A DNA stretch of 64,000 nucleotides, from contig CP046178.1 of the NCBI GenBank assembly GCA_014075255.1, positions 705,616 through 769,615 on the forward strand. The letters run 5' to 3'. This DNA comes from Gammaproteobacteria bacterium. Lineage in GTDB: Bacteria; Pseudomonadota; Gammaproteobacteria; UBA4575. The notes beneath the pieces are model-generated. The model was not told the origin of the DNA and did no database searches. It saw only the letters and a list, made by a program, of their open reading frames with translations. Each line of letters opens with the position of its first letter. The first letter of the stretch is position 1. The position numbers were made by a program, and so were the translations under genes. Shown here piece by piece: positions 58,637 through 64,000 of the stretch.

Positions 58637-59041
58637 CTAGTCAGGTTTAATAGCGTACCGTCCGCTACCGATTAACATTATCACTAAACTGATTAATAAA
58701 TAGAAAGCTTGAAGCTCTAATCTCCAACCGCCATGTTCTGTCAAACTTAACAGATCATTCATATGCACCAAGCCGATGGCTAGTAGCATATTTATAAATA
58801 TTAGAAATCCACCAAATCGCGAATAAATCCCCAAGATAATTAGTAATGGCGCAACAATTTCACCTACATATACGCCATAAGCAAAAATGGGGTGCATTCC
58901 TACTCCTTCAAGCTGGTTTTTAATAAAACCAAGTGCTTGCAAATCAACCAGTTTTGCCACGCCATGAAACAACATTAGCATACCAAGTGTGACCCTCAGG
59001 ATAAACTTGGCTAGGTCTTCGGTTCGATAAATGCTACTCAT
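58637..59041 (-). CDS. DoxX-family membrane protein
   Basis: 'LRVTLGMLMLFHGVAKL' and about 4 TM helices. Confidence 0.7.
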   Translation of the reverse strand: MSSIYRTEDLAKFILRVTLGMLMLFHGVAKLVDLQALGFIKNQLEGVGMHPIFAYGVYVGEIVAPLLIILGIYSRFGGFLIFINMLLAIGLVHMNDLLSLTEHGGWRLELQAFYLLISLVIMLIGSGRYAIKPD

Positions 59042-59253
59042 AGGTACCTTAATAATTGCAGTTAATATTCGAATGATCTTTAGTATACAATTCTAAAATT
59101 CGTCATCAATTTATTAGATCTTATCGCTTTTTAAGTTCCACACATATCGACACATTATAATAGCCACTAACTAGGCTTGGAACATAAAACTACTTGTATG
59201 GTTCTGGGTCTATATCTTTATCAATCTAAAATAATGCTTAAATTATAATAAAA

Positions 59254-59790
59254 ATGAAAATACTCGTCAGAACAACCCTATTTAGATCAACTATATTGCT
59301 TTTCCTTTTATCGATTAGCGGTATTTTCTCGACCAATCTATGGGCAAAAGACCCTGCTAGAGTGATTGCTGGGTGGGTAGAAAAAGTGAGGATCGAAAAT
59401 CAAGAATTTGATGTGAAAGCTAAATTAGATACCGGTGCACGAACCTCTTCCATAAATGCTCGAGATATAAAGTCTTTCAAAAAAGATGATGGGCAACGCT
59501 GGGTACAATTTACTCTGATATTAATTGACAGCAAAGATAATAAACATGAAATACAAATGGAAAAACAACGTTCACGCCGTACCAACATTAAGAACCATAA
59601 TGGTGAGCATGATAAACGACATGTAGTAGATATAGAACTATGCTTTAACGGTCGAAAAATAATTACCGAATTCACTTTAGCTGATCGTCGAGAATATATT
59701 TACGATATACTTTTAGGTAGACAATTTTTGAAAAAAACGGCAATTGTTGACCCAAAACGAATTTTTATGACCACCCCAACATGCGAATAA
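59254..59790 (+). CDS. Retropepsin-like 'ATP-dependent zinc protease' family protein (RimK-associated)
   Basis: Signal peptide and 'KLDTGARTSSINA' D-T-G aspartic protease motif. A second half-domain follows. Confidence 0.65.
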   Translation: MKILVRTTLFRSTILLFLLSISGIFSTNLWAKDPARVIAGWVEKVRIENQEFDVKAKLDTGARTSSINARDIKSFKKDDGQRWVQFTLILIDSKDNKHEIQMEKQRSRRTNIKNHNGEHDKRHVVDIELCFNGRKIITEFTLADRREYIYDILLGRQFLKKTAIVDPKRIFMTTPTCE

Positions 59791-59857
59791 AACATTATAG
59801 CCAACAAGCTTCATAAAGCTTAAATGTTACATTCATCCTTACAATTTCTATACACAA

Positions 59858-61381
59858 ATGCATAAATTAGCAGTTCGTTTTTGGTCAATAATATTTATTG
59901 CTATTGGGTTAGCTATTTTCGCGCATAAAGTTTTTCAGTTGGGGATGCCTATCACCCCAGACGCTACAGCTGAAACCTGGACGATACAAGCGCGCTTAGC
60001 TTTTACTGGCAATGGCAGAAACATTAAAGCTTCTATGTCTATACCCAACATAACTCCGGGATATATTAAAATTGATGAACATTACATCTCGGGAGATTTT
60101 GGACTTAATGCAAAAGTAAGTGGCGATAATAAAACGGCAGAATGGGCAAAACGCAAAGCAAGAGGCCAACAAACACTTTATTACCGCACAACCCTAACAC
60201 GCTCGAAGGTCGCTACAAATTGGACAGAAGTTCCAGTTTACCCTAAAGCACCAGAATTCTTTGAACCGTATTCAACAGCAGTTGATAAAATAATTGAAGA
60301 TGTTAGAAGTCAATCTGCCGACACAGCTTCATTTACATATGAGTTAATTGCTCAGCTGCGCTCTTCCAGTGGTAATGAAAATATCGCGCTGATAAAAGAT
60401 TTAGCTAGAACAGACGAACAGTTTGCAAATTTGATTACTAAACTTCTTTCAGTAGCACACATCCCCACACGCAAGCTTTGGATAGTCGAACTTACAGATG
60501 CTGCAAATGACATCATTCCGCAAATTTTGATACAAGCTTACAATGGTGAGAGATGGCTCACTTTCAATCCTAAATCAGGTGTATCAGGCATCCCTGCAAA
60601 TCATTTGATATGGAAAATTGGCAGCGGCCCCCTCTACAAACTAAAAGGTGGAGATGCAGCTGAAATAAAATTTTCCGCAACCAGATCTTTTATTGAGTTA
60701 CTTGAAGTGGCCAAACTAGCTGCTAAAGAAAAAGGCTCTGTTTTAGGAAAATTTACTTTATTTTCACTGCCTGTCCATAGCCAGAACACTTTTAGCTTGA
60801 TCTTAATGGTGCCACTAGGCGCCGTACTCGTAGTATTTATGAGAACGTTTATCGGCGTGCAAACTTTTGGAACGTTCATGCCGATTTTGATTGCAGTAGC
60901 ATTTCGTGAAACGCAATTGTTATGGGGCATAGTTCTGTTTACCGTAATTGTATTTGTCGGATTGCTGATACGTTTGTATTTAGAGAGACTACGCTTGCTA
61001 CTAATACCAAGACTCGCTGCGATATTAGTTATCGTTGTTATATTGATGTTGCTGATTAGTTTTACCACGAGCCAATTAGGATTAGATCGCCTATTATCAA
61101 TTTCGTTATTTCCCATGGTGATTCTTGCAATGACCATTGAGCGTATGTCAATAACCTGGGAAGAAAATGGTGGACAAACTGCAATAATTCAAGGTTTAGG
61201 CAGTCTGCTAGTTGCCTGTCTTGGTTATTTAATCATGACCAACCAACATTTAAATTATTTAATGTTTGCATTCCCTGAATTTCTTCTTGCCATTTTGGGC
61301 ATATGCATCTGGATGGGACGTTACACAGGTTATCGTGTTAGCGAATTATTTAGATTTCGCGACATTAAAACTTCAACATAA
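59858..61381 (+). CDS. Inactive transglutaminase-like domain fused to 7TM domain
   Basis: N-terminal TM helix, an extracytoplasmic domain of about 300 aa and seven C-terminal TM helices. This architecture is known to co-occur with RimK-like ligases. Confidence 0.55.
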   Translation: MHKLAVRFWSIIFIAIGLAIFAHKVFQLGMPITPDATAETWTIQARLAFTGNGRNIKASMSIPNITPGYIKIDEHYISGDFGLNAKVSGDNKTAEWAKRKARGQQTLYYRTTLTRSKVATNWTEVPVYPKAPEFFEPYSTAVDKIIEDVRSQSADTASFTYELIAQLRSSSGNENIALIKDLARTDEQFANLITKLLSVAHIPTRKLWIVELTDAANDIIPQILIQAYNGERWLTFNPKSGVSGIPANHLIWKIGSGPLYKLKGGDAAEIKFSATRSFIELLEVAKLAAKEKGSVLGKFTLFSLPVHSQNTFSLILMVPLGAVLVVFMRTFIGVQTFGTFMPILIAVAFRETQLLWGIVLFTVIVFVGLLIRLYLERLRLLLIPRLAAILVIVVILMLLISFTTSQLGLDRLLSISLFPMVILAMTIERMSITWEENGGQTAIIQGLGSLLVACLGYLIMTNQHLNYLMFAFPEFLLAILGICIWMGRYTGYRVSELFRFRDIKTST

Positions 61382-61387
61382 CGAGCC

Positions 61388-62332
61388 ATGCCCAGCTTTG
61401 TAAGTCCATTACGTTTAAGAGACAAAGGCGTACTTGGTATGAATCAACGCAATAGTGACTTCATTATGCGTTACAACAAGAGAAAACTTTATCCTCTTGT
61501 AGATGGCAAACTGCAAACCAAACAACTTGCAATAAATGCGGGTATAGCTGTACCAAAGCTTTACTCAACAATAAAATATAATCATCAACTAAAAAAGTTA
61601 GAAACACTTTTAGAAGAACATAATGATCTAGTGATTAAACCTGCACATGGTAGCGGTGGTAGTGGCATATTGGTGCTCTCAGGAAAAGTTGGAAAATTAT
61701 ATAAAACCCCTAGCGGCGACTTGATGAGTTCAAATGCCATTAGGCATTACATCTCTAATATTTTATCGGGCATGTACAGTTTAGGCGGAGTGCCTGATCA
61801 TGCTTTTTTTGAATATCGAATTAAATTTGATCCCATTTTTAATCAAGTCAGTTTTAAAGGTGTACCGGATATTCGCATCATTGTATTTCGCGGCGTACCT
61901 GTTTCAGCGATGGTTCGATTACCTACCAGCGATTCAAACGGTAAAGCAAACTTACACCAAGGCGCGATTGGCGTGGGTGTAAATTTGGAAACGGGGTGCA
62001 CGACTCATGGTGTAATAGGAAATACCGCCACAATACTTCATCCTGATACCGGACATTCCATTCAAGGCCTGCAGTTGCCACGCTGGAAAAAGATCTTGCA
62101 AATTGCAGTTAAATGCTCAGATACCGTGGGTTTAGGCTATTTAGGTGTTGATATCGTCTTAGACCGCACGTTGGGCCCGCTTATGCTTGAATTGAATGCC
62201 CGTCCAGGATTGAATGTCCAACTAGCCAATCAACGTGGATTGCTAGCTAATTTAAACACTATTGAGAATTTGGAAAAAATACCTTCTGAAGTAGATCAAC
62301 GCGTAGCCTTCGCACAAGCATTAAATCAATAA
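61388..62332 (+). CDS. Alpha-L-glutamate ligase-like ATP-grasp protein (RimK family)
   Basis: ATP-grasp motifs 'VIKPAHGSGGSGILV' and 'GVDIVLDRTLGPLMLELNARPGL'. Confidence 0.8.
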   Translation: MPSFVSPLRLRDKGVLGMNQRNSDFIMRYNKRKLYPLVDGKLQTKQLAINAGIAVPKLYSTIKYNHQLKKLETLLEEHNDLVIKPAHGSGGSGILVLSGKVGKLYKTPSGDLMSSNAIRHYISNILSGMYSLGGVPDHAFFEYRIKFDPIFNQVSFKGVPDIRIIVFRGVPVSAMVRLPTSDSNGKANLHQGAIGVGVNLETGCTTHGVIGNTATILHPDTGHSIQGLQLPRWKKILQIAVKCSDTVGLGYLGVDIVLDRTLGPLMLELNARPGLNVQLANQRGLLANLNTIENLEKIPSEVDQRVAFAQALNQ

Positions 62333-62358
62333 CTGGAAGAAATACTCAATCATTCTAT

Positions 62359-63720
62359 ATGTCTTCTAACTTCTTCAAATCCATCGCAGCGTTATTTTTA
62401 GTTATTATTCAGCTTAATATTGTTAGTTTTGCTGATGAGCTACAAATCAAGAATGGAGATAACCTAGCAAATGACAAGCAAAGAGAAGAACCAGCTATAG
62501 ATAAAAAAGAATCCGAAGAAGTAAAAGTAGCACCTAACCTTGATCTTAAAGAAGTTGCACCTCCACCCGAGCCAGTAGTAATTACGCCTAAAGCCGAAGA
62601 GAATGATACAAAAACTAATAATGTAGAAACTTCGAACGAAGCAGAAGTTGCAGAAGAAGACTCATACCCCAGTGCGACCGCTGTAAAAGAAAAACCTGAA
62701 CGCAAAAAGTTAGTCATCTTAGGCGCTGAAGTTCCACCGGGCACTTCAACACGTCTCGCATGGTCCCCACAAGTCAGCATATCTGGATTAGCATTACCCA
62801 CACCTGTATTAGTAATTAATGGTGCAAACCCTGGCCCTACTCTATGTCTTACCGGCGCAATTCATGGTGATGAATTAAACGGAATCGAAGTGGTTCGTCG
62901 CGTGATGTATGACATATCGCCTGAAGAATTTAATGGCACACTCATTGGTATACCGATTGTTAATCTTCAAGGCTTTCAACGTGGTTCACGATATTTATCA
63001 GATCGACGTGATTTAAATCGTTATTTCCCAGGCGAAGCAAATGGTAGTTTAGCTTCTAGAATTGCAAGTTCACTATTTAATGAAGTCATCAGCCATTGTG
63101 AATATTTAATTGACTTACATACCGGTTCTTTACGCAGAACAAATCTTCCACAGATTCGCGCCAATATGAACAACCCTAATGTTGCAAAGTTTGTAGAAGG
63201 TTTTGACAAAATTGCGGTAGTTCATCATAGCGGCAATCAAGGCATGTTACGTACTGCCGCAAACAATGCAGGAATTATTGCAATAACAATGGAACTCGGT
63301 GAATCCTTGCGCATTCAAGAAAATCAAATTCTTGCAGGCACTCATAGCGTGAATAGCTTACTCGATAAATTTGAAATGTACCCTCGTGTATTTATCTGGG
63401 GCGATCCTAAACCAGCTTATTATAAATCGACATGGATTCGTGTTGAAAGTGGCGGCATCTTATTCAGCAAGATGGGCTTAGGTGATAATGTTTCAGTCGG
63501 TGATGTACTAGGAATCGTTACTGATCCCATCACAAATCAAAGCGCCGATTTAGCAGCCCCCATCAAAGGTCACATTATCGGCATGGCAGTAAATCAAGTC
63601 GTAATGCCGGGCTTTGCTGCGTATCACATCGGTATAGAATCCAATCAAGAAGATATGACCATAACTGAAGAGGAATCACAGTTGGATGTGAATCCTAATG
63701 ATGAACTAGATCCTGAATAA
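62359..63720 (+). CDS. Succinylglutamate desuccinylase/aspartoacylase (AstE/AspA) family protein with N-terminal secreted linker
   Basis: 'LTGAIHGDELNG' and 'DLHTGS' zinc-ligand motifs. The N-terminus has a signal peptide plus an E/K/P-rich linker. Confidence 0.7.
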   Translation: MSSNFFKSIAALFLVIIQLNIVSFADELQIKNGDNLANDKQREEPAIDKKESEEVKVAPNLDLKEVAPPPEPVVITPKAEENDTKTNNVETSNEAEVAEEDSYPSATAVKEKPERKKLVILGAEVPPGTSTRLAWSPQVSISGLALPTPVLVINGANPGPTLCLTGAIHGDELNGIEVVRRVMYDISPEEFNGTLIGIPIVNLQGFQRGSRYLSDRRDLNRYFPGEANGSLASRIASSLFNEVISHCEYLIDLHTGSLRRTNLPQIRANMNNPNVAKFVEGFDKIAVVHHSGNQGMLRTAANNAGIIAITMELGESLRIQENQILAGTHSVNSLLDKFEMYPRVFIWGDPKPAYYKSTWIRVESGGILFSKMGLGDNVSVGDVLGIVTDPITNQSADLAAPIKGHIIGMAVNQVVMPGFAAYHIGIESNQEDMTITEEESQLDVNPNDELDPE

Positions 63721-64000
63721 CCTCTGCTATTGTTCAACTATAGATATATATTTATCCACAAAGTTTAGCCAGAATCGCAGCTAGAAATACTAATACTATT
63801 TGTTAGGAATAGTCAGTTACGCATAGCTACCCTACAGCACCTCTTTTAGAACACTGCTACCAGCTTAGCTAGCAATAGCACAGACGCTTCAAACCAGCCT
63901 CTGCAAAATATCTTTTATTATGATTACTTCAGGTCTTAGCGATGGATTCCAATACAATCACTTCATTTAGGCACTTAGCACTGAAAGATACTCTGCTAAA

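Noticed and set aside
1-64000. Scan for CRISPR arrays, IS elements, integrases, tRNA/rRNA genes
   Set aside because: None found. No regularly spaced direct repeats, no transposase- or integrase-like ORFs, and no tRNA-like cloverleaf candidates in the intergenic regions.

Overview
This window reads as chromosomal DNA from a marine gammaproteobacterium (about 40% GC, Alteromonadales-like gene content). I found no transposases, integrases, CRISPR arrays, rRNA or tRNA genes.

**Main blocks, in order:**
- **1.9-9.2 kb, zinc uptake.** Two adjacent Zur-box-controlled operons. Each is headed by a paralogous 107-aa secreted CxxC protein. The first operon is ZrgABCD-like (His-rich periplasmic protein, ABC ATPase, FtsX-type permease, DUF3299). 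The second encodes an outer-membrane beta-barrel protein with ZnuA-like and ZnuB-like genes and no ATPase.
- **9.3-12.6 kb, likely metal-related.**
  - A MerR-family regulator with a textbook 19-bp-spacer MerR-type promoter and an unassigned C-terminal domain, followed by a thermonuclease.
  - A divergent YHS-domain protein.
  - A lipoprotein with a YbjQ-like heavy-metal-binding domain.
- **12.6-13.3 kb.** A DUF899 gene broken by a -1 frameshift in a T-run.
- **13.4-18.3 kb.** A sugar ABC transporter (CUT2/RbsAC-like) bracketed by two paralogous small cupin genes, followed by a LuxR-type regulator and a di-haem cytochrome c peroxidase.
- **26.0-31.0 kb, the most unusual feature.** A three-gene minus-strand operon of large secreted proteins that I cannot assign to any well-characterised proteobacterial family.
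  - A 416-aa signal-peptide protein with one CxxCH haem motif.
  - A 720-aa lipoprotein with a Gly/Ser low-complexity linker, one CxxCH motif and a LamG/concanavalin-like domain.
  - A 513-aa Tat-signal protein with a GGRDYH motif reminiscent of DUF1501-type sulfatase-fold proteins.
  - The overall architecture resembles the planctomycete-type pairs of a PSCyt/PSD-type protein and a DUF1501 protein.
- **59.2-63.7 kb.** A four-gene cassette of retropepsin-like zinc protease, inactive transglutaminase fused to a 7TM domain, RimK-like ATP-grasp ligase and AstE/AspA-type deacylase. It has been described computationally, but its function is unknown.

The remaining genes are housekeeping or accessory: qmcA-nfeD, PPK2, HIT, pta-ack, cfa, bioA, fadIJ, and Lpp-like with an L,D-transpeptidase. 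I cannot run database or HMM searches, so all family calls are from recognised sequence motifs and are flagged as tentative where appropriate.
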